From the NCBI GenBank assembly GCA_964234715.1, contig OZ174279.1: a stretch of DNA of 64,000 nt, one strand, 5' to 3'. The notes under the pieces were generated by a model. That model was not told the DNA's origin and ran no database searches. It saw nothing but the letters and a program-made list of their open reading frames with translations. Each line of letters starts with the position of its first letter. Position 1 is the first letter of the stretch. Of this stretch, positions 1 through 12,769 are shown in pieces. Position numbers and translations under genes: made by a program. This DNA comes from Podarcis melisellensis. Its lineage: Eukaryota.

Positions 1-926
1 GTCGTCCCCAACATTTGGAGGGCGCCAGGTTGCCGACGGCCGGATTTCCCCGTGCTCTCTGACACCGCATCCCTTTCCCCTCAATTAAAGACGCCTTTAA
101 CCGATACAATCTGACTCCTCTTCCTTGGCAACCCCCTCCCCCCCCCCAACCTAAGTCCTCTGCACCCCTCCAAAATAATGCCCATTTAAAGAGTTGGATG
201 CCACCCGAACCGAAGGAGAGCGCCTGTTGATTTTATTTTTGTAAGAGTTACCTACCCACGCAACAATCTGATGTGCAGCCCGATCCGGTGTTTATTCGGA
301 AGGAGGTCCCACTGAGTTAAAAGAGATTTCCAAGTGAAAAGGCGTAGCGTTATCTTTACTTGGCAGTAAAATTCACGTCACTCGGTGGAACCTCCGGGCA
401 AACAGCAGGCTGCATATTGTGCTCTGAAAGGCTTGAATCTAAGTCCTGAGTAACACCGAGATCCTTACTATTGTTAGCTAGAAGTTGAGCCCCATTGAGT
501 AGATTAATACTTATGATCAGGCTAGAAATCTACTTAAATTCAAATATTGAGATCTATGGAGGAAGGGCGGTATACAAATTTAAACAACAACATTTCAGGA
601 AAACTGGGTAGTGGTTCTTTATTTTCTCTTCGCCTCCCTACTATTCATTCACCCCAACTGCCCTACAGTGCAGATTGCTATGTTTCTAATTAACCCTAAT
701 CCCGAATTCCCAAGACCAACGCCAGTATTTCTGCCTCCCCTTTGCTTTTGTGAAGGGGTGTCTGAAAAGCCATACACCAGAAAAGAGGGCTGTGTGTCTC
801 TGTGTGTTAAGCTGTGAGCTCTTGCAGGACCAGTGGCAGAGTTAGGACTACGCAGGTCTCCTGGCCTACACAAATAAAGAATACTGCCAGCAACTCAACA
901 GCTCCCATCATGTGTGAGTGATACAG

Positions 927-1111
927 GAGGGCCTTGGCTCCGTGGAAGAACATCTGCTATGCATGCAGAAGGCAGTCCCAGGTTCAGTCCTCAGCATCTC
1001 CAGGGAGAGACCCTATCTGAAACCCTAAAGACCCACTGAAAAAAATCTAGAAAAAAAATCTAGATGGAGCAGTGGCCTGACACTGAGGAAGACAGATTGC
1101 TAGGTTCCTAT
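927..1111 (+). mobile_element. tRNA-Ala-derived SINE (squamate type), degraded
   Basis: Head ...CATCTGCTATGCATGCAGAAGG..CCCAGGTTCAGTCC..GCATCTCCAGG resembles tRNA-Ala(TGC). It is followed by a CTGAAACCCT...TAGATGG...GTTCCTAT tail and looks like the same family as 45825-46268. Confidence 0.75.
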
Positions 1112-1161
1112 CCTGTGTCTATTTACTCCACAGCAAGTTTTGTGGACCTCAGTGGGGCTTA

Positions 1162-1507
1162 AAAGGTAAAGGGACCCCTGACCATTAGGTCCAGTCATGG
1201 CCGACTCTGGGGTTGCAGCGCTCATCTCGCTTTACTGGCCGAGGGAGCCGGCGTACAGCTTCCGGGTCATGTGGCCTGCATGACTAATGCTGGTGAACCA
1301 GAGCAGTGCACAGAAACGCTGTTTACCTTCCCGCCAGAGTGGTACCTATTTATCTACTTACACTTTGACGTGCTTTCTGACTGCTAGGTTGGCAGGAGCA
1401 GGGACCCAACAATGGGAGCTCACCCCGTTGTGGAGATTCAAACCACCGACCTTCTGATCGGCACGTCCTAGGCTCTGTGGTTTAACCCACAGTGCCACCC
1501 ACGTCCC
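1162..1507 (-). mobile_element. Sauria SINE (Squam1), full length
   Basis: On the minus strand: GGGACG.GGGTGGC head and ACCTTT tail. A 13-bp TSD TCAGTGGGGCTTA lies at 1149-1161 and 1511-1523. Confidence 0.95.
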
Positions 1508-1556
1508 TATTCAGTGGGGCTTACTCATCACTAAATAGGCATTGACTTGCGTGCAC

Positions 1557-1744
1557 TCAGGAGTGCCATCTTGAATAAAATACTGGGGGGGGGGGCAAGG
1601 AAGCCCTGCCCCGCATAATTAATCATACGATGAGGTGCACACACACTATTTGGATGGCAATGTCCATTAATGGGGAGGGGGGAGCTCAAAGATTTCATTG
1701 GGGGTGCCGAAGGGGCCTCTGCCCCTAGGACTTGGCTCCTATGG
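1557..1744. mobile_element. non-autonomous DNA transposon fragment (hAT-like)
   Basis: Closely similar to 32901-33075 (CTTGAATAAAATA..GGG..GCCCC.CATAAT.AATCA...ATG.CCAT), so a dispersed repeat. Confidence 0.55.
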
Positions 1745-1899
1745 CAGTCCCAATGGTGCCAGGGGTTCTTGCCTCCAAGTAAGCACGCAAGGAGCTGGGC
1801 TGCAATCCTACAAATTTACTTAAGGGCAAACCCCCATTGCTCTTACTTTCAGGCAAACATGAACAGGATCGCTTTCTGGGGGGTTGTTTGGGGTGGACA

Positions 1900-2480
1900 G
1901 GCTTGCCCCGTTCGCTAGTAACGCGTTAAGGGTGTGCGCGTGTGTCCTTTCCACCCACGAGGAAGGCTAAGTGTCTTTCCCTTGCCCTGATCCATCCCTT
2001 AAAGCGAGGGAAAGTTCCCCGAGACTAACTGCAGCCTGCTACTGCTCCGATCCTGAGCTTGTGGCGCTGTCCCGGGCTCCGCGTTTTGCAGGCAACCGCC
2101 GTGTCAGATGGAGAGCTCTGAATAACAAAGACAAGTTTGAGAGCAGCCGCAGCCGCAGCAGCAGCGGAGCTGGCTGAGTGACGTCAGGGAACAATGCCTG
2201 TGCCAACAGCTTTCCCTCTTCGCCACACACGCACACACTCACACAGCAGCTCCTCCTCGGTCACACAAACAGGGCTCTGCTCTCGGAGATGCAGATCCTT
2301 AAAGGGACACTGGCCCTTTATGCCCCTCGGCTCTCCAAAGAGGAGCTTTTTTTTTTTTTTTTTTTTTTTTTGCAAGCTCTTCCCACCTCCTTCCCCTTTA
2401 TTTAGTCAGCCAGTTCAGCCTGGCTGCTGCTCTTGCTTTTAATCTTTTGAATCGCCACCTCGCTTGCCACTAATAATGCA
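1900..2480. promoter_or_regulatory. CpG-rich promoter/enhancer-like segment with perfect CRE
   Basis: Locally high CpG in sequence with no recognisable repeat. Motifs: TGACGTCA at 2179-2186, SOX-like AACAATG, NFI half-site TGCCAA, E-box CAGATG, a GCA/GCC run, and T25 at 2347-2371. Confidence 0.5.
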
Positions 2481-2800
2481 GGCGAAGTTGTGTGTTAAGT
2501 GGGGACATGTCCCCCACCCCCAAAGGAAAATACAGTGCGATATTGTTTTCGTCTGTGTGTGTGTGTGTGTGTGTAGACAGCTGCTTTTTCATATGCCTAG
2601 TTAAGATGCTGTATTAAGGCATAATTACAGATTGGCTGTTTTCACCATTAAATAGATATTTAAAAGTTCTCAGTCCTGCAACTTTCCCCAGACGTGATGG
2701 CTGAGCTTTAGAGAGTAAACTCTTTCCAAAGAACTTGGTGAGCATAAAGGTAATTCTTAAGTAATTGATTTCCAGAGGGCCAGCCCTGTCAGTCTCTCTC

Positions 2801-2957
2801 AACAAAAGCAACAAAGAGTCTTGTGAGACCTTAAAAGACTTAGCAAATGTTATTCTGACATAAAGCTTTCAGGGACTGGAGTCCACTAGTCCACAAGAAT
2901 TTAGGCAATAATAACATTTGCTACTCTTTAAGGTGCCACAGAACTCTTGCCTTTGCC
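2801..2957. mobile_element. old Penelope-like element terminus, inverted-repeat relic
   Basis: AAGAGTCTTGTG.GACCTTAAA...AAAGCTTTC..GGAC on one arm and ...TCTTTAAGGTGCCACAGAACTCTTG on the other. Diverged homolog of 46003-46235. Confidence 0.7.
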
Positions 2958-3090
2958 AACTAATTAAGTAATTAATTGTTTGATTAAAAAGTAGCCTGAA
3001 ACCAAATAATTAGCTGGGTACTTCAAATTAATATGTGACATCTGCCCCCACTGCTCATTTTGATGAACTGCCTTTGAGGTTTTATTGCAA

Positions 3091-3165
3091 TTGTAGAGTC
3101 ACAAAATTGTAGAGTTGGAAGGGCCCCAGAGGGTCATCTAGACCAACCCCCTGCAATAGGAATCT
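3091..3165 (-). mobile_element. CR1-type 3' end fragment
   Basis: GTAGAGTTGGAAGGG.CCC.GAGGGTCATCTAG.CCAACCCCCTGCAAT is the reverse complement of the CR1-type tail at 38180-38290. Confidence 0.75.
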
Positions 3166-3269
3166 AAATATATTTTGTCAAATAAATAAAATTAAATAAA
3201 GTTTGGACCTCATCACCCCTTTACAGCTGGCAGTGTACAAAGATAACGGAAGCCACAATGGGCAGAATC

Positions 3270-3270
<1 letters not shown>

Positions 3271-3321
<51 letters not shown>

Positions 3322-3322
3322 T
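3271..3322. repeat. (ATT)n microsatellite
   Basis: Direct reading. Confidence 0.95.
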
Positions 3323-3993
3323 ATTTACTGTGATGTCCTTTTGATGATTAAGTGAAAAGGTGGGATCTAAATGTATTAAATAAATAAATGAAACCTCCCT
3401 GTTAGGGTCCGAACTCTAGAGCAGCCTCCCCCAACATGAATGACCTCCAGCTGTTTTCCTACTCACTTCCTGCCAGCAATGCAAAACCTCTCCTGGCCCC
3501 TAGACCTTGTGTTGCATTTTTTGACCGAGTCCTGCTTTCAACTGGGCGCCACCTTTCCTCAGCACCATGCTTCCACCACCCATTGTCCTCAGAGCCACCC
3601 TGTCTCTGAAGCAGCCCATCCAGACTTTCCTTTCCCTCCACACATAACATAGACTCAGGGGTAGACTTTGGACTTTCAAATTTCAGCGGCTCCCTGTGCG
3701 ACTTTTTGGTGCCCCCTGCCTCTTGCACTTCATTCTGCATCACTGTTGTGACGTCAGCACCCAGTGATGCCAAACTAGTTGTGCTGACAATTTTCACTAT
3801 GTGGCTGTTTTAAATTGTTCTTAATGTTTTGCTTTGTTGTTGTTTTTTTTTAAAAAAATATTTTTACTTATTTTATTTTTACTTGTATTGTTTTGCTGTT
3901 GTTTGTCTGCCTGGGCTTCCTGCAAAGGGTGGGATGGAAATTTAATAAGTAAAGAATAAAGCCCCATCCTGGTCTCAAGGACCATGAGAATTC

Positions 3994-4030
3994 TTCATTC
4001 ATTCATTCATTCATTCATTCATTCATTCAT
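3994..4030. repeat. (TTCA)n microsatellite
   Basis: Direct reading. Confidence 0.95.
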
Positions 4031-6026
4031 TAGCATCCATTCTCTTCCTGCCTCAGTTTCCTCCTTTTGCCCTCTATTGGCTCCTTCTTTTAAGGCACTC
4101 TCAGCAAAACACCTTCCGGAGTCCTCTTCATAGGTGCTGCCACCTGTGGAGAGGAGGTGCCTCCTTCTTCTCCTCCTTGCTCTTTGGTTGCTCGCCCAGA
4201 AAGGTGGTGGGTGAACAAAGCCAGTGGACTGCAATGAGGAGGAGAAGCAGCCACCATCGCTGCCTTCCAAACATGTTCGAGGAAACTTTTGCCCAATGTA
4301 AGCAGTGTGCAGAAAACCAGTGTCTAAATATAAGCAATGCACGGTTGGTAACCCTTTTACCATCTACGGAAGACCTATTCTTTTCCTCAGATATAATCAG
4401 TTTTTAATGGTAAATGCAAATGGCATTGTGTGCCATATTACCATTTTCAAAGCATTTGCGCGCAGTGCCGCAAGTTTACAAGGTGATTATTTAATGAGCA
4501 TAGTGCTTAGCAACAAGTTCCAATCTAAGAACAAAACTGATACGGTTAAGTGCCTATTTCCCCCTACCCATCATGTTTCACCTCCAGCATGAAGCACTCT
4601 TGTTGATTAGCGTGGCAGACTATGCGCCCTGCTGCTGGGGTACACAGATCTCTTATGGCACAGATAGATGTAACTCTTATTCTGGGTTAATCTGGAATAA
4701 CTATCTTGATTATTTTTCCTCACCTTACTCATATGACCTAGCACAGTGGTTTTCAAACTGTGCTCCTGGCAGCCCTTGGGTTTCTCAGAAGTTAATCAGG
4801 GGTTCCTCAAAGAGAAGATCAGGGATGGTGGTGATTGGATTGACTGACTGATTACTAGTTCCATCCAGCTTGAATTACCTACAATTCTTAGTAGGATTCT
4901 GGGCACGGTATGTTCTATGTTGGTCCCTATCTAACTGTGCATGCTATATACCATTTAATGATTATAATAATAAGGATTGATTTGAATAAATCAGGCCAGT
5001 CATTTTAGTGAAATGGCCTATTGGTACATTCAAAAAAATTTAAGCACTAGTTAAATGAGCAAGTTTTGATCATTTTCCTCCCTAGTATAGTTCTTTATAA
5101 CACTGTTACAGAAATCTAGTTAGTTGGAGGTGTCAATCTCTAATTTTAGGTGATTTGTCACCTGTCTTCTTATCCATTTAATAAATTAACTGATTTAATT
5201 TAAATAAATCTGCATATTAAGAAAACTTCAACATAAATGCCCTATTGAGATATTTGAGGAAGTGTGAAACAATGTACAATTAGGCTAATTAATGCTGCTA
5301 CTCATTGTTAAAAGGAATTTTCAAAGTATTTTGTTCCCTATTGAAAAAACACACCAGAATCACAACAGCCTCCAAAATGACTATTAATCTCAGCTCCATT
5401 AGTTCATACTGAAAGAATTGCACTGGCTGCCAGGTGCTGTTTTTGCGGATAAAGCTTTATACATTTTTGGACCAGGATATCTGAAATATCATCTCATCTC
5501 TTCTATGCCCAAATTGATCACTGCACTTCAGGTGTGGGCCTTCTGCATATACCATCTTATCAGGAAGGCTGTTCCACACAAGGGAGGAATTGGGCCTTTA
5601 GTGGTGGCACCTATCCTTCCATTAAACCTCTCACAGAAGGGGCAACAAGAGAAGGGCTTCAGATGATGAATCCAGGGTCCAGATATATTCAGTCTGCAAA
5701 AGGTGTTCCATTAGATGCTGGGGTCCTGAGCCCAGGTTAAAACCAACATTTATACGTAAATAGGTTCGGAAACATGGGCAGCCAGCACAATTACGCTAGA
5801 ACTGGTGTTAGTCAAGCCATTAATTGATCAGAACTTTAGAGGTACAATCTTGCTGGGCTCACACACTGAATGGAGTGTATGATGCTGTCCTACATAAATC
5901 AGTCAAGACCTGTACTGTGGGGGCATTGTACTGGCAGGGCCATCTCCTCACTGCTAAGTGGAGAAATACCCACCAAAGTACTGTACTCATTATGTGGCAG
6001 GCTTTGCTGTGCCTCCCTTACAGATA

Positions 6027-6184
6027 CAGTGGTATCTTGGTTCTTCCTGCACTCAACTGGAAGCCGTGTCGGACATTTGGCTTCCAAAAAACGTTCTCAA
6101 AACGGAACACTCACTTCTGGGTTTGTGGCATTCGGGAGCCAATTTGTTCAGGAGCCAAGCCGTTTGACTACCAAGGTACCACTG
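6027..6184. mobile_element. Tc1/mariner (Tigger-like) MITE
   Basis: TA|CAGTGGTATCTTGG ... CCAAGGTACCACTG|TA: TIRs with a TA TSD. Confidence 0.9.
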
Positions 6185-6594
6185 TACTCCTAGGTTCATT
6201 CTCACAAAGGAGAAATCTACTCTCCGGCAGAGAAGGTGTACACCCACGTTCAGAAGTATGAGGGAGCATGAGCTTGCAGAGGTTTGTAGGTGAAGTGTGC
6301 AACCTCAACCTTGGAATGAAGAGCCAAATGCTCCATGCCTGCTTCACAGCTGTGAACTGGGAGGGGAGGACTATGGGGTAGTTCCACACTATACAAGATT
6401 TCACTTCATCTGCTAATAAGGATGCTCAGGTTCAAGACGAGAGGGTTCTTGTACCTTTAACAGTTGTGTAGGAGAAAGAGGATGATAGGAAAGGAGGGAA
6501 GCAAAACTTTGCTCACTGCCAAGAGCTCAGAAATAAATCCTATGCTTACTTAAAGGTTTTTTCCTCCCTGGATTCAAACATGAATATACAAGTA

Positions 6595-6985
6595 CTGTAT
6601 TTTTCGCTGTATAGGACGCACCGGACAATAAGACGCAACTAGTTTGGGGGGGGGACGAAACAAGAAAAAAAAAATTCTGAACCCCAGAAGCCAGAACAGC
6701 AAGAGGGATCTGGCTTCTGGCATAGCCTCTTGCTGTTCTGGCTTTGGGGACAGCCTGTGAAGCCTCCGCAGGGCAGCAGGGTGCCTTCACCCTGCTGCCC
6801 TGCAGAGGCTTTACACAGCCATCCCCAAGCTAGAACAGCGAGACGGAGCGCTGCGCAGTGCTCCGTCTCCCTGTTCTGGCTTTGGGCTTAGCCGCGCAGC
6901 CTGCATTCGCTCCATAAGACGCACACATACTTTCCCTTACTTTTTAGAAGGGAAAAAAGTGTGTCCTATAGAGCAAAAAATACAG
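6595..6985. mobile_element. pogo/Tc2-like non-autonomous DNA transposon
   Basis: TA|CTGTATTTTTCGCTGTATAGGAC ... GTCCTATAGAGCAAAAAATACAG|TA TIRs, with internal CCAGAACAGC inverted subrepeats. Confidence 0.85.
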
Positions 6986-8309
6986 TATATGGATGGCCAG
7001 GCACAAAGGAGGGCAGGGCTCCTGCACCTTCCACAGTTGTCAAGAAGATGGGAAGTCAGCTGAAATTCCTTCTTTGCTGCAATTATTAAAAGTGCAGGAG
7101 CCCTGTCGTCTTTTGAATTCAACCACCTTACTACTGGTTAAAGTTTGCAATCCTACTCCTATGCTGGATGGTTCTGCAAAGTTTGTAACCTAGTGACAGC
7201 ATGCCAGTAATTTATGGATAGACCATATCTGATTCAGGTTCTCCATCAATGTTTTCAAGAGGCCCCGGGAGTGCTGGGATAACACTATCACAGCAGCCAG
7301 ATCTTACTGAAGTATAGTGGCTCCTTCCCTTTTATTTTTACGCTTCATTGCCCTTCCTTTGAGATGAATATAAACCCCAATAATTTTACCCAGCAGTCCA
7401 GAGATTAAAAAGATGGATACTGTTTAGTCAACGTGAGCTATAAATCACTGCCTTTGGTGCCCATTATTAAAGCGTGGGATGAATAAACCCAGCCTTCTTA
7501 AGTAAGTGATGATGACATTGTACCCATGCAGTCATTTCATTATAATAACACAGATGATATGCCATTAGCATCTCACCTTAATAGCATATTAATTTGCAAT
7601 TAATTTTCTTTTCTTATTGAACAATCAACTTGCTAACGAGTCACAACTTTAAGGGAATGGCTCAACAATTCTGCAAAGACTTCAACTGGGGAACTTGTAG
7701 GTCTGGTAAGTAAATGGTCGTTTCTTAGATGTGTTTATAAGACTAGATGGCACACTTTCACTTGGTATTTAGTAGGGATGGGTGACTCTGTCCATTTTGG
7801 TATCTTTCTGTTTCTCATTTTTCCAGGCCTAGGTTCAGTTTGCCACATTTCCACATCATTTATGATTTTTTCTTTTTGAGATCCTTATGAAAATTCAACT
7901 GCATTTTAGTATACCGTAAGTATCTTCTAATTTACACATTTTATATGCAATTTTGCCTAGTAAGCATTAGGAGAAATTGCTTTGCGCAAATATGTGTAAC
8001 ATTCTGGAATGTTAGTTTGTTAATATATACATTGTTATGAACACGTTGCCTCAGTAATCACATTTTTCTATACTCTACGTGGCTGGAAAACAGCTCTGCA
8101 AAATTTGGAGAAGTGCAGATTTTGATGGATGGATATGGGGTTGCTGTTGTTCCCCTCATATTCTTTTGGAAAGTACAAATTAGGTAGTTTGCTTTTAAAT
8201 GCGCACTGCATCGAATTACTCCCCTATCCCCAGTACATAGTCTAGGAAAAGTTAATCATGAATGGCTGCAATCATTTGTACACTTACTCAGGCTCAAGTC
8301 CCAATGAAA

Positions 8310-8900
8310 GTGTAAGAATTGCCATGCTGAATCACACCAAGGAATCATCCAGTCCTTCATTCTGTATCTGACAGTAGCTAGCAAGGTGTGTCTTGGTGTT
8401 CATAAGCAGATCATGAAGCTGGTGGTCTTTGTGCCTGGAGGTTCCATTTAGCTGTCCTGGCTAGCAGCTATTGACTCCATACCCAATCCTTTGAAAAACA
8501 AAAACAAAAAACCTATGTAGGTTATTGGTTATCCTCATATCTTGTGGCAGTACATTCTGTAAGTTAGGAATCCCATGTTAATTAAATCTCATTCCACAGT
8601 CTTCAATGGGAGACACAACACAAACTTAAGCATATCTACTCAGAAGTGAGTTGCCCTCAGCTGAACTGTGCCTAGAATTTAAAGATGATGATAAGGGCAA
8701 TGAAGCTGAATGTTGGAAAACGCAGGACAGAAAAAAGGAGGCATTTCCTCTCTCAGTACAATGGGATTTCATATGTCGTGATGACCACCAATTTGGAAAG
8801 CTTTAAAAGAGGATTTGACAAATTCATCAATAACTACTAGGCATGATGGCTCTGCTCTGCTTCCATGGTCAGTGGCAGTCTCTTTCTGACTACCAGTTTC
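8310..8900. mobile_element. two old CR1 3' fragments (8310-8560 minus, 8690-8900 plus)
   Basis: AATGAAGCTGAATGTTGGAA..CAGGACAGA.AAAAGGA..., GCTTTAAAAGAGGATT.GACAAATTCAT and TAAGAA..GCCATGCTG.ATCA.ACCAAGG are typical of the CR1 3' region. Confidence 0.6.
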
Positions 8901-10575
8901 TCTTTATCTGATACAGCATGGCTCTTATCTTCTCAAGGCAAAGCAAACATTTTATTGTTTATTTTATTGCCTGTCTTGATTCTCATTCTGAGTAGTATGA
9001 AGCAGCTGAATCTACCCACCATTTTAATATTCCATAATGCATGTGATACAGTATTGCTTTGGTGCATTGTGGGAAATTAAAATGGTGGCTCAAAGCAGCC
9101 ACGTGGTGCTGCTGCAAGCGCTGTTGACGCCTGCTGCTGTCCAATGTTGGCAAGTTAACCCGCCAGGGCAAGTTAACCCGCCAGGGCTCAGTGATGGAGA
9201 AGACAGCTCCCTAGAAGACCCCTTACCCCTGACTACCCCCTTCCCTTCCCCTCAAACCTAGATCCAGCCTTGTTTATATTGGAGCAGCAGATGATAGCCA
9301 CAAGGGATAATAAAACCTGTAACCAGGGACAGACACATCAGAACAGCTTTCCTGAAACAACACTTTTAGGGAAAGGGGCAATTTAGGAGTCAATGTAGTT
9401 GCAAAGGCAAATCAAAGGTTTTCCCTTGCTAGGAGAATCCTTGCTAGGCCAGATCAACTGGCTTTTACAAGGATCAGAGGTCATCTCCGCAAACCAATCC
9501 TGTCTGAAAGATTGTAACCGATAGCAGTGTCTGCAGCCAGCCTTTCGCCAGTGTGCAGGCTTCAAATGCACCGCACTACTAGTGGTTCAGTAGTGTTCTG
9601 TCGGTGTGGTACGACTGAGGCCCTCTTGAGTAAGCAGAGACAGACAACAGTGCCAAATCAAGCTGCACTCTGCGGTGGGTCTAGCCACAAGGGGACCCGG
9701 CTGATTCTGCTAAACTCATTTCTCTCATATAACAGAAGACAGATTGGAATCCTTCTCCCTAGAGAACGGTGCGTTAAACCAGAGCTTCCCTTTAACCTCT
9801 CCCCCCCCCCGCCAGCCACCCCCTCTAACCAGCTGCAGTCTTAAGTTATTTGTTTGGCTGTGCACACTCTCATTATAATGAATTCTGGGCTTGTAGTTAC
9901 AGTGAATAAAGTCAACTGCACAATATTCTAGCTTTGGCGCAATGGCTATTGCTGCAAGCCGACAAACGTTTGCTAGGAAGGGAGTCTCACTGCATTCAGT
10001 AGTGGAACTTATGGAAGAGTAGCCATGCTCAGGATCACATGTCAACCATTCCTGAGGACACCCTCACCAAGACTTGAGGAGGATACTAATTTCTTGGCAC
10101 TCATGTCCATAGATGCTAATTTTCCATGCATGCTTGACTGCATTACAAGTATACTTGGGTAGGGATGGGGGAGAAAGTTGATTCAGTTCACATTTAAGGG
10201 TGTAGTTCATGCTTTTCAAAATAATATGTGCACTGAAACACAGCCATCCTTTGAAATGTGCACATCTCTAAATTCTGTAGTTCTTTGGTCAAGTAATGTG
10301 CATAAAAATGCATATACAAGGGTAAAGAGTGCACAACAATGTACATATTAATGACAATAACCTGCATTACATTATGGGAAATTGCTTTGCAAAAATTATG
10401 TATAATGGGCAAAATTAATTGCATACAAAAATGTGTATTTTAGGAGATATTGGCACTATAATGCTGATGAATTTTTATGAGGATTTTATAATAATGATAT
10501 AATGATAACTTAAAATTCACAGGGGGCAGGTGAAGATCTCAAGGGCACTGCTGCACCCATGACTGCCAGTTATGG

Positions 10576-10611
<36 letters not shown>

Positions 10612-10713
10612 ATCTGACTGGGTGAGCCCTGCCCTAATATCTGGTATCTGACCCTGGAAAATCATTGTTTTTATTTTTGGGGTGCCTTTTTAAAGCTTCA
10701 GCTCATCATCATT

Positions 10714-11522
10714 TGGGTGTAATCTTCGACACCTCCCTTTCCATGGAGGCGCAGACTGCAGCTATAACAAAGGCAGCATTTTTTCATCTCCGCCAAGCTA
10801 AGCAGTTGGCTCCTTACCTCTCTCGCCCTGACCTAGCCACTGTGATCCACGCGACGGTCACCTCCAGACTGGATTATTGTAACTCGCTCTACGTGGGGCT
10901 GCCCTTGAGACTGACCCAGAAACTCCAGCGGGTGCAGAATGCCGCAGCGAGACTCCTTACTGGGTCCTCGCTGCGAGATCACATTCACCCGGTGCTATAC
11001 CAGCTGCACCGGCTCCCGGTGGAGTACAGTATCAGGTTTAAGTTACTGGTTTTAACCTTTAAAGCCCTCTACGGCCTAGGACCCTCGTACCTACTGGACC
11101 AGCTCTCCTGGTATGTCGCACAGAGGAACTTACGATCTTCAAACAAAAACATCTTGGAGGTCCCAGGCCACAGAGAGGTTAGGCTGGCCTCAACCAGAGC
11201 CAGGGCTTTTTCGGCTGTGGCTCCGATCTGGTGGGATGCTCTGCCACAAGAGACTAGGGCCCTGCGGGACTTGACATCTTTCTGCAGGGCCTGCAAGACA
11301 GAGCTGTTCCACCAGGCCTTTGGCCAAGGCACAGCCTGACTCCCTCCTTTGGCAATCTTCACAGAACTCTAGCCCAATGGTTGCCATCAATTTGATTTGA
11401 ATTAATTTTATAATGAAATGATTTTAGAATGTTGTATTATTTTATTGTTGTTAGCCGCCCTGAGCCCGGCTTCGGCTGGGGAGGACGGGATATAAATAAA
11501 AAAAATATTATTATTATTATTA
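10714..11522 (+). mobile_element. L2-clade LINE, 5'-truncated, ORF2 C-terminus plus 3' UTR
   Basis: ORF 10665-11339 contains LGVIFD, SRLDYCNSLY.GLP and LQRVQNAAARLL. The 3' end is GTTAGCCGCCCTGAG..CGGGATATAAATAAA with a (TAT)n tail. Approximate TSD TCA(T/C)CATCATTT. Confidence 0.95.
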
Positions 11523-12769
11523 TCACCATCATTTCAGATTTCAGTCTTCTCCCTCTTCCTCTCCTGCATGTGTATGGCTGTAAAGGTATACATGCGATAC
11601 AAAATGCTGGGGCACGGCTTCCTTTCCTCCAATTTCCCCCACCCCCAATAAGTGCTGATCCAGTCAGTAAACATTGCAGTAAATGAACATGAACAGCAGG
11701 CAGAAAAGCTTCAGCAACGTGTAACAGTGGGAGGAAGGGAGCTCAGCCTGTGATCCTTGGTGTAAGAATACAGTACAGGCACATCCCTATTCCCATCTGT
11801 TAAATGTGGGAGGGCATGTATGTAACAACATTAAGCAACAGTTCAGGACAAAAAGAACAGGCAAGTATCTGTTACATTTACAGGAGAACTTTCAGAGCCT
11901 GATTAACCTAATCTGAAAATACGCTTTGTTAACAAGCCTGTTCTTGTGCACACACCAAAGTGTCAGGTGAGCTTTAGTGACCTCAAGAGTCAGAATTTTC
12001 CTTTTAATCTCTCCCAAATTATGCAATCCAACCCTACATGTGACACCAAACCAAGCAGGCCCAGCCCAATCTGGCATGTGATTATTAAGAGGACAGACAG
12101 TGGAAGTGAATTACAGCTAAAGAGGCCTTGTGGTAAAGATCATCTCATTCCAGATAACCACACACACACATACACACATCATGATTCAGCAGCAGCAAGA
12201 AAGCCAAGGAAAATATTAGAACAATTTGACATGTTTCTTTTTATTGAACTACAGATTTAGTTCACAATGAAGGTGTCTGTGGCCATGTTTTCAAATACAT
12301 GCCATAATAAGCATCATGATTCAATTACTTTTTAGATTAAATAACGGTCTAAAATATGAATAAACTAAGGTTGCCATTTTTTTCCTGAGAATACCCCTGT
12401 GTATTTTAATAGATATAGAGCGGTCAGAAGCTCCACAGGTGAAGCACTTCTTATCCCTGAATCTCTCTTATGGAGGAAAGACATATCTGTTTAATTTCTG
12501 CCGATCATGCGGCTTTTAAAAGCACAAGGTCCCTGCCAGGAGTAACGTGAGACAGTGTGGTATATTACTTAGAACAGGAGTCTCTAACATTTTCAGAACC
12601 AGCACCCACATTTAACCCAAACATGTATTTGGGGACCCATTTATTAATCCTTTAACATAGATTTGCATGGAGAGAGCGGTGGAATAAATGAAATATGGAT
12701 GCGCCCCAGACTGAGGTCTTGCCTTCCTCCATGTTCCTCCTTACTTGCCTTCTTTCTATCTAAAACCCT

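Noticed and set aside
9149-9184. 18-bp tandem duplication (similar ones near 37167, 45284 and 62367) as an array or CRISPR-like repeat
   Set aside because: Only two units with no spacers; these are ordinary slippage duplications in a vertebrate genome.
10665-11339. Longest ORF (224 aa) as a host gene
   Set aside because: It is an L2 ORF2 C-terminus with a LINE 3' UTR and simple-repeat tail.
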